DNA of 43,241 nt, from the NCBI GenBank assembly GCA_947463705.1, contig CANHSO010000003.1:1-43241 (forward strand), written 5' to 3'. Position numbers and translations under genes: made by a program. The notes beneath the pieces were generated by a model. That model saw nothing but the letters and a program-made list of their open reading frames with translations. It did no database searches and was not told the origin of the DNA. This stretch comes from Bacteriovoracaceae bacterium (GTDB taxonomy: Bacteria; Bdellovibrionota; UBA1018). How positions within the stretch are numbered: position 1 is the first letter of the stretch; each line of letters begins with the position of its first letter. This document shows, one piece after another, positions 26,193 through 35,988 of the stretch.

Positions 26193-27368
26193 TTAGACCG
26201 AATTCACTCGGTATTTTTCAATCATTCCAATTAATTCTTTTGCTCCGACATGGCTGGGTTGTAGTTCTAGTGTTCTCGCAGCAGTGGATCTTGCTTCGTC
26301 GATTCGTCCTAGGTGAAACTGGAGTCCAGCCAAGCTGTAGAGTAAGTGAGGATTCACTGGTGCGTTTTGGATATAATCGCCTAAGAACTGGGCCGCGGTT
26401 GCGTAACTCTTGAGTTCATAGGCGCATTTGACTAAGTGATAGAGTGCGTTAGGATTGTTCAGCTCGATTTTTAGTGATTCAACAAAGTAATCGTGGGCGC
26501 CTTTTTTATTTCCATCGCGAAGTGCACATTCGCCTAAACCGGCGAGGGCCTGATGATTTTTAGGATTCGAAGCGATTGCATCTTGAAAGTGGCGTCTAGC
26601 TTCTTGGAGTCTTCCAGACTGGAGAAAAAGAACTCCCAGGTTGGACCGAACTTCGTCAGCATGAGGTCTGACCTCTAAAGCACGCTTGAAACTTCTCTCC
26701 GCCTCTTGAGGACGATTAGATCGCGTCCAGCAGTTACCGCAAGCCCGGCACACCTCAAATTTTTGAGCGGCGGTCAGGTTTTTTAAGTGAGACGCACGCT
26801 CTAGAATCTCGGCAGCTTGAAGATCCTGGCCACTTCGAATTTGAAGGGACGCCAATTTCTGATGGTATTCAAAAGTAGGTTTGAAGGTGATGGCTTCTTC
26901 GTATTGTGCTTTTGCTGCTTCAAGGTTCCCCTCTGCTTCTAGGCAGAGTCCTACTTGGAAATAGATCTCTGAGCTGCGTTCGCCAGAGTTTAATAGGGCT
27001 TGATAAATATTTTTTGCGAGAGCATGTTCGCCTGCCTCAAAGAGAACATGAGCATTTTGCATGAGAAAACCAGTATTGAGTTTTCCGTCGGAGTAATAGA
27101 TTGGGTCCTCTGAAACCGCTTCTGGTGGTGATGTAGTTATGACGGCTGGAGAGGACGTTGAACTTTTCGTTCTTTTAACTTGGAGGATAAAACCTTGCGA
27201 TCCTTGGATATCGTTTTGATCGAAGTCCTGTAGGATTCCCTCTAAAGTTTGTATCCGAACTAGGCGGTCCGAGTGATTGGAGAGGGGCACGAGTCCGACA
27301 ACCTCGAGGCTGACTTGTTGAAGTTGTTTTTTCAGAATGTCACTGATTGTTCCAATGATTTCGCTCAT
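26193..27368 (-). CDS. Multi-TPR protein
   Basis: About eight TPR repeats. Start moved to ATG 27368 (ATGA overlap with the upstream gene). Confidence 0.85.
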   Translation of the reverse strand: MSEIIGTISDILKKQLQQVSLEVVGLVPLSNHSDRLVRIQTLEGILQDFDQNDIQGSQGFILQVKRTKSSTSSPAVITTSPPEAVSEDPIYYSDGKLNTGFLMQNAHVLFEAGEHALAKNIYQALLNSGERSSEIYFQVGLCLEAEGNLEAAKAQYEEAITFKPTFEYHQKLASLQIRSGQDLQAAEILERASHLKNLTAAQKFEVCRACGNCWTRSNRPQEAERSFKRALEVRPHADEVRSNLGVLFLQSGRLQEARRHFQDAIASNPKNHQALAGLGECALRDGNKKGAHDYFVESLKIELNNPNALYHLVKCAYELKSYATAAQFLGDYIQNAPVNPHLLYSLAGLQFHLGRIDEARSTAARTLELQPSHVGAKELIGMIEKYRVNSV

Positions 27369-27796
27369 AGAGAACCGTCCAATTTCTCGCCGGATGGGCG
27401 AACCCACGTGCTTTTAAATTTCCGGACGAGCTTTTCGCTCCGGTTAAAATCGAATAAGAGAGCTCTGAGTTGGTCTTTTTCTTGGCCTAATTTATCGAAA
27501 ATTTTTGTATCCAGTTGCCGAATTTCAGTTAGCTGAGCCTCGCAGACTTGCTTAAGTTCAGCGAGGCTCATCCTAAGCTCGGGTGTTTTCATTTTTTCAG
27601 AAACGCCTCTAGCAGTTTCCGAAATTTGATGTTCATTGATTAAGATCGCCTCGATGCATTGAGCTCTCTTCCTCTCAAACTGTTGCAATCCGCTGAGATC
27701 TCCTCTTTGAATCTCCAAAAGAAAATCAGCCGAATACTGCTGGAATTCTCGGAGGAGGTTGATTTTGCTTTGGATAGTCGAGAGTATTGGGTTCAT
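27365..27796 (-). CDS. FliT/FlgN-like helical chaperone
   Basis: All-helical 143-aa protein directly after fliS. The call rests mostly on gene position. Confidence 0.55.
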   Translation of the reverse strand: MNPILSTIQSKINLLREFQQYSADFLLEIQRGDLSGLQQFERKRAQCIEAILINEHQISETARGVSEKMKTPELRMSLAELKQVCEAQLTEIRQLDTKIFDKLGQEKDQLRALLFDFNRSEKLVRKFKSTWVRPSGEKLDGSL

Positions 27797-27802
27797 AGAA
27801 GT

Positions 27803-28195
27803 CTAGACTTTTGCCGATCCTTTATTCACTTGCTCAACGGCCTGTTTCCACCCACTGAGTAGTGTTTCCAAAAGTTTTTGAACTTGGACCAGGGGGTCCT
27901 TTGAGCTTTCGAGATTCGCTTTCACTAATTGTTCCGTCATAAAATGATAAAGTCGATCGAGATCAATAGCAACCTGTCCGCCTACCTCAAAATCGAGAGT
28001 ATTCATCAGTTCATTAATAATATCATGTGCCTTGCCAATGGATACGCCTTTTCCAGCAATATCTTTTTTATCAACTGCTAGGATAGCTCTTTTGACGTGC
28101 TGAATCGCACCCTCATAGAGCATAAGTAGAACCTGCCCTCGATTAGCAGTTTTAACTGCCATTTGCCTATATTGACTTGCACCTGATTTATTCAT
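27803..28195 (-). CDS. fliS: Flagellin export chaperone FliS
   Basis: Y...V.TA, LMLYEGAI, IINELMNTLD, LDRLYHFM, LLSGW. Confidence 0.96.
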   Translation of the reverse strand: MNKSGASQYRQMAVKTANRGQVLLMLYEGAIQHVKRAILAVDKKDIAGKGVSIGKAHDIINELMNTLDFEVGGQVAIDLDRLYHFMTEQLVKANLESSKDPLVQVQKLLETLLSGWKQAVEQVNKGSAKV

Positions 28196-28199
28196 TTAT

Positions 28200-29594
28200 T
28201 TATCCTCCCAAGAGTTGTGAAACACTGCCCCCGCCCCCACCTAAGCTTGCACTGAGTTGCTGCTGTTGTCTCTGAAGGTTACCCAACGAGGACTCCAGTT
28301 TTGAAAATTGATCCACGATCTGTTGTTTTTTCTGCTCGACTAATCGAGTTTTGTCTTCGATTTGGTTGTCGATCTGCTTAATTCGCTCACGAATACCCTG
28401 CTCCTTAATCGAGAGCATCCCATTACCGAGGCGGGTATACCCATCCAAAATGCTTCTCAGCCTGAACGCGAAACCGTTAGGGCCGGAGATTCCCATTGCA
28501 ATCGCATCGAAGCTGTTTTCAAGTACTTTATTGAACTTATCTTCTTTAAAGGTGAGTAACCCTGTTTTTTCAAACTCGACCCCAAGGTCGGTCAGGTGAA
28601 TGATCGGGACGTTGGCTTGACCTGGCTCTCCACCTAAAAACCCTTCCTGAATTGCGTTCCGGAGCTGATACTCCATGGATTGCAAGCTGGTATCCCCTGC
28701 AAATGTGGTGGTCGTATCGCTTTTTTCGTCGATGGTGTTTTGTTTGACGATGAATTGGAGTACTTGGTTGAGTTGGTCGACTATGTTTTTTACCTTGCCT
28801 GAAACCTTTTGGTAATCTTCGGTGATGCTCATCACAAAGGGATGGTCAGGGCTGGCCTGTTTAAGGTGCAGATTCACGCCTTGGAGAAATTCATTAATGT
28901 CGTTGCTCTCCGTCTCAATGGGGAAGCCATCGAGTGAAACAGTCGCGTTCTGAGCGTCATGTTGATCCTCGATACTGATTTCAGTCCCGCCTTCGAGATT
29001 AAAGTCTGGATTCTGAATTTGGTTGCCTGAGCCTTCTTTTTTTGCGGATAGGACCAATTTCCAAGGAGCCTCTGGTTGTGAGGAATCTTTGATGACCGAA
29101 GCTCGAAGTGGAGAATTGAGGTCGCGATTGAGTGCAGATGCGATTCCTCGCAGGCTTGATTCCTTATCGGAGACAGATACCTGGGTGGTTTCTCCACTTT
29201 CGGTTTCAAGCCTAATAAATCCTGGGCCGAAGGTGGCCTCGTTCGGGTCTTCAAATCCATTTGAGATGAGTGAGGTCTTTCCAGCGAGTTGACTGATTTC
29301 GAGCTGGTATTTTCCAACTTCTGCTTTTTCTTTGTCAAGAGTGACGCTGACGAGGTTAGCTCCATCGCCCAGATCTACCTTGAGCTCACGAAATTTTCTA
29401 AAACTACTCATCTCGCTCAGGGCTTTATCTAGGCCGGAGAATTTGCTCTTGAACTCTTGAAAGAGTTTCATTCGCGTCTCCTCCTTCGTCTTACGGCCTT
29501 GCATCGCTTTGATCGGTTGATTTTCAATCTCAATCAATTGCTGCACTGCCTGCTTGAATTGACCGCCCCCGATGGGGTCGAATCTTAAACCCAG
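28200..29594 (-). CDS. fliD: Flagellar filament cap protein FliD
   Basis: G.YQLEISQLA, AQNA.V.LDG, SN, GD..L, LGVEF, QFSKLE. Start is probably CTG 29594, 5 nt after AGGAGG (the track uses GTG 29627). Confidence 0.92.
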   Translation of the reverse strand: MGLRFDPIGGGQFKQAVQQLIEIENQPIKAMQGRKTKEETRMKLFQEFKSKFSGLDKALSEMSSFRKFRELKVDLGDGANLVSVTLDKEKAEVGKYQLEISQLAGKTSLISNGFEDPNEATFGPGFIRLETESGETTQVSVSDKESSLRGIASALNRDLNSPLRASVIKDSSQPEAPWKLVLSAKKEGSGNQIQNPDFNLEGGTEISIEDQHDAQNATVSLDGFPIETESNDINEFLQGVNLHLKQASPDHPFVMSITEDYQKVSGKVKNIVDQLNQVLQFIVKQNTIDEKSDTTTTFAGDTSLQSMEYQLRNAIQEGFLGGEPGQANVPIIHLTDLGVEFEKTGLLTFKEDKFNKVLENSFDAIAMGISGPNGFAFRLRSILDGYTRLGNGMLSIKEQGIRERIKQIDNQIEDKTRLVEQKKQQIVDQFSKLESSLGNLQRQQQQLSASLGGGGGSVSQLLGG

Positions 29595-29595
29595 A

Positions 29596-29633
29596 AAGTC
29601 CTCCTGACTTGTTCTCTGGGGCTCCACCCAGAG
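29596..29633 (-). promoter_or_regulatory. Two GGA-loop hairpins in the fliD leader (CsrA-type sites)
   Basis: CTCTGGG-TGGAGC-CCCAGAG and AAGTC-AGGAG-GACTT. The second hairpin contains the SD. Confidence 0.55.
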
Positions 29634-29761
29634 GGCCCTGTGGAAAACGGGGCCTAGCCTTTTTTTTGATTATGACAGATTCTGGAAGGTTGAAAATCGG
29701 CAGAAATTGCCGAGAAAATCTCTGGACAGAAGGGTGAGTCATGAACCATAGTGGCGTCGCT

Positions 29762-30175
29762 ATGAACCCTTTTTCACCCTTCGGAAATCCTGGTTTTGAC
29801 CCAAGTAAAATGGACCCCAAGGTCTTGATGGAGTTGAGTCAGCTCGTCCAGCAACTCCCGCCCGAGCAGCTAAGCCGAATGCAAACGATGATGCATAACG
29901 CCATGGCTGGCTTTGATGTGAAGCGCGAGATGGAGGAGTTTGAAAAAAGCCTCCCACCCGGATTTCGAGAGAAGATTGTGGCACTGCTTGGAGGACAGGG
30001 TGCGTCGACGTTTGGTGGCGGCGCAGCGAGTGCCCCGCTCTCCAAAGCGGAGCAGCCTCCGATTGAAGTGGCTAGTCCTCTAAGTGACGTGCGCGAAGCT
30101 CGAATGACCGTGCTCCGAGCCGTTGCTCATGGGCAGATGAGCCCTGAGGATGCCGAACAGATTCTTTTTGGCTAG
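29762..30175 (+). CDS. Hypothetical Met/Gln-rich helical protein with a SHOCT-like C-terminus
   Basis: The C-terminal ARMTVLRAVAHGQMSPEDAEQIL is SHOCT-like. Start is 29741 or 29762. Confidence 0.7.
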   Translation: MNPFSPFGNPGFDPSKMDPKVLMELSQLVQQLPPEQLSRMQTMMHNAMAGFDVKREMEEFEKSLPPGFREKIVALLGGQGASTFGGGAASAPLSKAEQPPIEVASPLSDVREARMTVLRAVAHGQMSPEDAEQILFG

Positions 30176-30694
30176 AACGAGTATCCCAGGCTGAGTTCGT
30201 TTGCTTGAATAGCAATTCCGGCAGTGGTGAGGGTGCCGTATGCAAGTTTCAAGGAAGTATAAAGAACTGTAATCTTTTGATTTACAGTCGTTCGAAACCA
30301 AATGCCTACACTCCAGACCTGCTAGAATGTCTATTCTGAGTGGACCCATGTCAAAACCAAGGCCCCCCTTACCATTGATTCTTAAATAGCGAGCCGTAAT
30401 GCCCGGGAGGCTCGAGGAGAGCGAGCTCAGGGTGTAGTTTCCATATGTACTGGGTCCCCTTCCAGGCTTCTTTTAAATAGATTGAATAAAATCCATTCCT
30501 TGGAGGATCGTAAACCTTCATGCGCATACTTTTGGGGTAGATTCCGAGCTGCTCACTCTGGTCATTAGCGTCTCGATAGATTTTGCCCCCGTTGGGGTTT
30601 ACGAGAGTGGCTTCTACCCAGTCGCCTGCCTGTAAATTTAACGTGAACATGGGCGCTAGTGCCAGCGCAAAAGCTAGGACTCTCCTCAGTTCAT
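30172..30694 (-). pseudogene. Frameshifted remnant of a signal peptide + SH3-like + beta-barrel gene
   Basis: Signal peptide out of frame with ATG 30694, an SH3-like 93-aa piece, strands ITARYLRINGKGGLGFDMGPLRIDILAGL in a second frame, and the terminal NELSLGYSF* after another shift. Confidence 0.6.
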
Positions 30695-30775
30695 TTCAGC
30701 CTAATCGATTGAAGTGTGGAGTGCCCTTCATTATCTAATTGAAGCATAAGAATGTCAGGTATGCAGTAGAATTGC

Positions 30776-32770
30776 TTAGATCTTCGCGTCCTTGATGAGT
30801 CCATTCTTCACAGTGAGGACTTTGAGTTCTCGCGTGAATTGGCCATTTTTGTAGGTGATTCTACCGGTGGCCCCAGGAAATTCACGAATTTGAGTGAGTC
30901 GGTCTTTGATTTCAGTCCGTGTGAGTCCGTTCGAAGAGGTGTCGAAAAGGGATGTTAGAATTTTTGCAGCGTCATAGGCGAGCGCCTCAAGTGAACTAGG
31001 ATCTTGATTAAATGTTGCACGATAATCCTCTAGAAATTTCTTAGCCTGACCGGAGGCTGTGTCTTGAAAAAATGCGTCCACAAAGTAAGCGCTTTCTCCG
31101 TAGCTCTGGCCGCGACTCACAAAGTCAGCTGAGTTCCACTCAGAAGTTCCCAGAAATTTTATCCCCTCGACGTCTCTATAGGAGAATGTGGGCATGATCT
31201 GTCCTAGGCGCTTGGCGTCATCTGGGATGAAAACGGCTTGATAATCTACGATGGGCTTGAGTGCAAAAAATTGCTCTGTTTTGCGGGTACGCTTGGTGAC
31301 ATTATTGGTGACGCGGTCTTTGGCAAGGCGATCGAGTTCGTCTTGCCGTGCCTCGGTGTAAAAAAGGCCAGAGAGCTTATCGACGGGGAGTCTGAAGTCG
31401 TTTTCACTGGTTGCATAGGATTCAAAGCCGACAATTTCACCGCCGAGAGACTCAACTGCATCCCAGAAGGCTTGGCTCGACTCACTGCCAAGTTTATCGT
31501 TGGGTGAGAGAATCGCAAATTTCTTGAGTCCAAGGCTGACTATGGCGTGGCGGGCAATTTCGTAAGATTGGAGTTGTTGCGTCAATCCAGACTGAAATAC
31601 AAAGTCCTGGGAGGTGCTGTTTGCTCTGCGCGAGAGGGACAGAAGGGGTACTCCCAGTTCCTGGGCTCGTTTTGTCACGAGTTCAACGCCCTTACTCATC
31701 ATGGGGCCGATGACGGCAACGACATGATGCTTCAGGGCCAGTCGGTTGAGCGCTTGGACAGCGGTTTCAGGTTCCTCTCCAGCGTCCTCCAAGATGAGCC
31801 TGAGTGGAGTCTGGGACTCACCCTGGGAGTCAAATATTCCTAGAGCAAGTTCGATGCCTTGGAGGCTTTTGGCGCCAAATTTGGCGAGCCTACCTTTGAG
31901 GGGAATCAGTACGCCAATTGCGGTTCGATCGACCGTGGAGGACTCTTGGATTTGGCTGATCCATTCTCGAGCTTGAGTCAGGTGAGAGCTCTGAGGGTAG
32001 GTATCGATCAATTTTTTAAGATGGAGTGTTGCAGCAGTGGGTGTGCCTGAGGTCATCTCCAGCGCTGAAAGTCGGAGCAGGATGGCATCCCCGAGAACTT
32101 GGTGGTCGGGGTCTTGGAGGAGTTTTTCCAAAGTGGCAAGGTCTGAAATATTTTGCATGGCCTGGTAAAAAAGCTTGGCGATGAGCTGGCTTTGCTCTTT
32201 ATTTTCGGCGTCAGGCTTTTGTCGAGCAATGCCGGAGAGGTAGTTTGCTGCCTCGATGGGTTGCTTTTTTCGTTCGTAAATGGAGGCTTGCAATGTGATG
32301 AGCTTGAGTTGGTTGGCGGCGTCGAGAAGTTCTGGGTGGATTTGACGCAGCGTTTCTTCGGCCTCTTCTGCTGCCCGTCCCTCGAGTTGTGCTGAGGCCA
32401 GGTTGTATAGAATATATTGTTGAAAGGCTGCAGTGGGGGCATAGTCGAGGGCCTTGGTAAAAGCTTGGATCGCCTGTGCTGTTCGTTTTTGTTTGAGAAA
32501 GATCAGTCCACGGATATTCTCAACTGAACCCATGAGAGGGCTTTTTGGGTAGGAGCGGATGAAGACGGTAGTCTGCTTTTCGGCAGATTCTAGATCGTTA
32601 GATCCAAATGCAGCCTCAATGGTCTTGAGATCTCGCTGTTCCACAGGACGCGATTCTTCAGCCCATGAAAGAGTCCCTGCGCTGAGGGTTAGCCCAGCGA
32701 GAATCATTCCAGTCCGAAGATTTTTACCTAGCAGCCGCCCCGTCCGCTCCAAACCAATTGATAAGCTCAT
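30776..32770 (-). CDS. LpoA/LppC-like penicillin-binding protein activator (TPR plus type-1 periplasmic binding fold)
   Basis: N-terminal TPRs, IGVLIPLKG, VIGP, AVFIPD, ALAYDA, FPGATG. Confidence 0.8.
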   Translation of the reverse strand: MSLSIGLERTGRLLGKNLRTGMILAGLTLSAGTLSWAEESRPVEQRDLKTIEAAFGSNDLESAEKQTTVFIRSYPKSPLMGSVENIRGLIFLKQKRTAQAIQAFTKALDYAPTAAFQQYILYNLASAQLEGRAAEEAEETLRQIHPELLDAANQLKLITLQASIYERKKQPIEAANYLSGIARQKPDAENKEQSQLIAKLFYQAMQNISDLATLEKLLQDPDHQVLGDAILLRLSALEMTSGTPTAATLHLKKLIDTYPQSSHLTQAREWISQIQESSTVDRTAIGVLIPLKGRLAKFGAKSLQGIELALGIFDSQGESQTPLRLILEDAGEEPETAVQALNRLALKHHVVAVIGPMMSKGVELVTKRAQELGVPLLSLSRRANSTSQDFVFQSGLTQQLQSYEIARHAIVSLGLKKFAILSPNDKLGSESSQAFWDAVESLGGEIVGFESYATSENDFRLPVDKLSGLFYTEARQDELDRLAKDRVTNNVTKRTRKTEQFFALKPIVDYQAVFIPDDAKRLGQIMPTFSYRDVEGIKFLGTSEWNSADFVSRGQSYGESAYFVDAFFQDTASGQAKKFLEDYRATFNQDPSSLEALAYDAAKILTSLFDTSSNGLTRTEIKDRLTQIREFPGATGRITYKNGQFTRELKVLTVKNGLIKDAKI

Positions 32771-32797
32771 ATCCTTAGTTTTAGCTGAGGTCTGAGT

Positions 32798-33949
32798 TTA
32801 GCCAAATAGGTTTTTTACTTTTTCAAAAAAGCTATGGTGCATGGGATGCGCTGCGTCTGCGCCACTCTCTGAGAATTTCTTGAGTAAATCGCGCTGTTCA
32901 GCAGTGAGCTTTGTGGGGACTTCTACAATGATGCGTACGAGTTGGTCTCCGCGACCGTAGGAACCGAGTCTCGCCAAGCCCTTATTTTTGAGGCGGAAGA
33001 TTTTATGCGATTGGGTTCCGGACGGAATCTTGATTTTGACCTTACCCTCGAGGGTAGGGACTTCAATCTCAGCTCCGAGGGCAGCGTGGACGAATGTCAC
33101 TGGGACTTCGCAGATCACGTCAAACTCATCACGAGTGAAAAAGTCGTGGGGTAAGATATTGACCGAAACGTAAAGGTCACCAGGAGGTCCGCCGCGTTCG
33201 CCCGCTTCGCCTTCTCCAGTCAGTTTGAGGCGTTGGCCGGTGTCAACTCCGGCAGGGATTTTGACCGCAATTTGTGAGCGTTTCTTAGTTTGCCCAGATC
33301 CACCACATCCAACGCATGGACTAGGGATCGTCTGTCCAGCGCCGTTACAGCGCTGGCAAGGACGAGTGATGGCGAAAAATCCCTGTTGAAAGCTGACCTC
33401 ACCGCGACCACCACATTGAGCGCAAGTCTCAGGTTGGGTGCCGGGTTTTGCTCCACTTCCGGTGCAGGTTTCGCATCGGACCGATTTAAGGATAGTAATG
33501 ACCTTTTCGGCGCCGAAGGCAGCTTCTTCGAAAGTAATATCGACTGAAGTTCTGAGGTCGTCACCAGGACGGCCTCCTGCACGTCTGCGGCCTCCTCGAG
33601 CGCGACCCCCCGCCTGGGCTCCAAAGATGTCTCCGAAGATATCACCAAAGATATCATTGATCGAAGCTCCTCCACCTCCAAAGCCCTGGAAGTCGAATCC
33701 ACCAGGTCCTCCCGGGCCCGCACCAGCGGCAGCGTGACCAAATTGATCATAAGCTTGTCGCTTCTGCGGATCCGAGAGGATTTCATAAGCCTGGGAGAGT
33801 TCTTTGAAGTTCTCTTCTGCTTTCTTATCGCCCGGATTTTTATCCGGGTGGAATTGGATCGCTAGCTTCCGGTAAGCCTTTTTAAGATCTTCGCTGGAAG
33901 CTGTTCGTCCAACACCTAGAACTTCATAGTAGTCGCGCTGAGTAGCCAT
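32798..33949 (-). CDS. dnaJ: Chaperone DnaJ
   Basis: J domain with HPD, a G/F-rich region and four CxxCxGxG repeats. Confidence 0.98.
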   Translation of the reverse strand: MATQRDYYEVLGVGRTASSEDLKKAYRKLAIQFHPDKNPGDKKAEENFKELSQAYEILSDPQKRQAYDQFGHAAAGAGPGGPGGFDFQGFGGGGASINDIFGDIFGDIFGAQAGGRARGGRRRAGGRPGDDLRTSVDITFEEAAFGAEKVITILKSVRCETCTGSGAKPGTQPETCAQCGGRGEVSFQQGFFAITRPCQRCNGAGQTIPSPCVGCGGSGQTKKRSQIAVKIPAGVDTGQRLKLTGEGEAGERGGPPGDLYVSVNILPHDFFTRDEFDVICEVPVTFVHAALGAEIEVPTLEGKVKIKIPSGTQSHKIFRLKNKGLARLGSYGRGDQLVRIIVEVPTKLTAEQRDLLKKFSESGADAAHPMHHSFFEKVKNLFG

Positions 33950-33974
33950 AATTTCCGATCAGACTGATAAGAGG

Positions 33975-35915
33975 TTAAACTTCCTTGTAGTCTGCATCAA
34001 TCACATCTTCTCCGCCATGCTTTTTTGCATCCTGAGAAGCGTGTGAATCGCCAGCACCTTCGGTGTGAGCGTGAGCTCCTTCAGCTGAAGCTGCTCCCGC
34101 TTGAGGTCCTGCAGTTTTGTACATCTCTTCAGCCATTTTATTAGAAGCAGAGGTGAGGGCTTCAGTGGCCTTGGTGATTTCCTCTGCGTCCTTGCTGTCC
34201 AGGTGCTTACGTGCCTCGACCAATGCGTCTTCCACAGACTTCTTGGTGTCGGCAGCGATTTTCTCGCCGTTTTCTTTCACGGTTTTTTCGATCGTGTAGA
34301 TCAGACCATCGAGAGAGTTTCGTGCGTTGACGAGTTCTTTTCTCTTTTCGTCTTCAGCGCGATGGGTCTCAGCTTCTTTTTGCATTCTCTTGATTTCTTC
34401 TTCGCTCAACCCGCCTGAAGCAGTGATCCGGATGGACTGCTCTTTGCCGGTGCCCAGATCCTTAGCTCCGACGTGGACGAGTCCGTTCGCATCGATGTCG
34501 AAAGTGACTTCGATTTGTGGGACGCCGCGAGGAGCAGGAGGGAGACCAACCAAGTCAAATCGTCCGAGTGACTTGTTGTGCTCTGCGAATTCTCGCTCCC
34601 CTTGGAGAACGTGAATGGTCACTGCGTTCTGGTTGTCAGCTGCGGTCGAAAAGGTTTGAGACTTCTTCGAAGGAATGGTGGTGTTCTTCTCGATCAGCTT
34701 GGTGAACACTCCGCCAAGAGTTTCAATTCCCAAGGACAATGGAGTGACATCGAGAAGGAGGACATCCTTCACGTCGCCTTTCAGCACGCCGCCTTGGATT
34801 GCGGCACCGACTGCGACCACTTCGTCTGGGTTAACGCCTTTGTGAGGTTCTTTGCCGAAGATTTCTTTCACCTTCTGCTGAACTCGTGGCATACGGGTCA
34901 TGCCGCCGACCAGGATGACTTCGTCAATTTTGGTCTTGGCAAGGCCAGAATCACGGATGCAAGTTTCGCAAGGGGCCGTGAGCTTCTCGATGAGGTCAGC
35001 AACGAGGGCTTCTAATTTGGCTCGAGAGAGCTTGATGTTCAAGTGTTTTGGGCCTGAGGCATCTGCAGTCACGAAAGGCAGGTTGATGTCAGTTTCAGTG
35101 GTGCTGGAGAGTTCGTGTTTGGCTTTTTCAGCAGCTTCTTTCAGACGTTGAAGAGCCATCTTGTCTTTGCGAAGGTCAATTCCGCTTTCTTTTTTGAACT
35201 CATCTGCAAGCCAATCAATGATGCGTTGGTCAAAATTACCACCGCCCAAGAAAGTGTCGCCATTGGTTGCTTTCACTTCAAAAACGCCATCGCCGAGCTC
35301 GAGGATGGAGATATCAAAAGTACCGCCACCCAGGTCGAATACAGCTACGGTGTGTTCTTTCCCTTGCTTGTCCAAACCGTAAGCGAGAGCAGCTGAGGTG
35401 GGTTCGTTGATGATGCGCTTGACTTCGAGACCTGCGATCCGGCCAGCATCTTTGGTGGCTTGACGTTGAGCATCGTTGAAGTAAGCAGGAACAGTAACGA
35501 CTGCTTCGGTGACGGGTTCGCCCAAGTAGTCTTCTGCAGTCTTCTTCATTTTTTGAAGAACCAGAGCGGAGATTTCTTGAGGTGAGTACTCGCGGTCGTC
35601 AATTTTTACCCAAGCATCACCATTTTTGGCTTCCACAATTTTGAACGGAGCCACTTTGATGAATTCCTGAACTTCGCGAGAAGTGAATTTACGACCGATG
35701 AGTCGCTTGGCTTCGAAAATGGTTTTTTCTGGATTGGTAATGGCTTGGCGTTTGGCTGCCTGACCGACAATCTTTTCGCCAGAGGGAGTGAATGCTGCCA
35801 CCGATGGGGTGGTGTTTGCGCCTTCTGCATTTGGAATGACCTTAGGTTCGCCACCTTCCAAAACCGCCACGCATGAGTTAGTTGTTCCTAAGTCGATTCC
35901 GATAATTTTTCCCAT
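33975..35915 (-). CDS. dnaK: Chaperone DnaK
   Basis: [37 protein letters not shown]. Confidence 0.99.
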   Translation of the reverse strand: MGKIIGIDLGTTNSCVAVLEGGEPKVIPNAEGANTTPSVAAFTPSGEKIVGQAAKRQAITNPEKTIFEAKRLIGRKFTSREVQEFIKVAPFKIVEAKNGDAWVKIDDREYSPQEISALVLQKMKKTAEDYLGEPVTEAVVTVPAYFNDAQRQATKDAGRIAGLEVKRIINEPTSAALAYGLDKQGKEHTVAVFDLGGGTFDISILELGDGVFEVKATNGDTFLGGGNFDQRIIDWLADEFKKESGIDLRKDKMALQRLKEAAEKAKHELSSTTETDINLPFVTADASGPKHLNIKLSRAKLEALVADLIEKLTAPCETCIRDSGLAKTKIDEVILVGGMTRMPRVQQKVKEIFGKEPHKGVNPDEVVAVGAAIQGGVLKGDVKDVLLLDVTPLSLGIETLGGVFTKLIEKNTTIPSKKSQTFSTAADNQNAVTIHVLQGEREFAEHNKSLGRFDLVGLPPAPRGVPQIEVTFDIDANGLVHVGAKDLGTGKEQSIRITASGGLSEEEIKRMQKEAETHRAEDEKRKELVNARNSLDGLIYTIEKTVKENGEKIAADTKKSVEDALVEARKHLDSKDAEEITKATEALTSASNKMAEEMYKTAGPQAGAASAEGAHAHTEGAGDSHASQDAKKHGGEDVIDADYKEV

Positions 35916-35959
35916 AAAATCCTCGTCTTTCTTTTTATTTAAAGTCTTTTAATTGCAAA

Positions 35960-35985
35960 ATGGGCCTAAAAATGGCGCCGTCAAA
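35960..35985 (-). promoter_or_regulatory. Sigma-32 (RpoH)-like promoter of dnaK
   Basis: TTTGAC-N15-CCCAT. Confidence 0.7.
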
Positions 35986-35988
35986 TGG

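Noticed and set aside
29696-29725. Sigma-28 promoter for fliD
   Set aside because: A GCCGAT -10 box is present on the minus strand, but there is no convincing -35 box at the 14-15 nt spacing, so it was not called.
34101-35396. Several plus-strand ORFs opposite dnaK
   Set aside because: These are antisense shadows from biased codon usage in a highly expressed gene. They show no SD or protein-like motifs.
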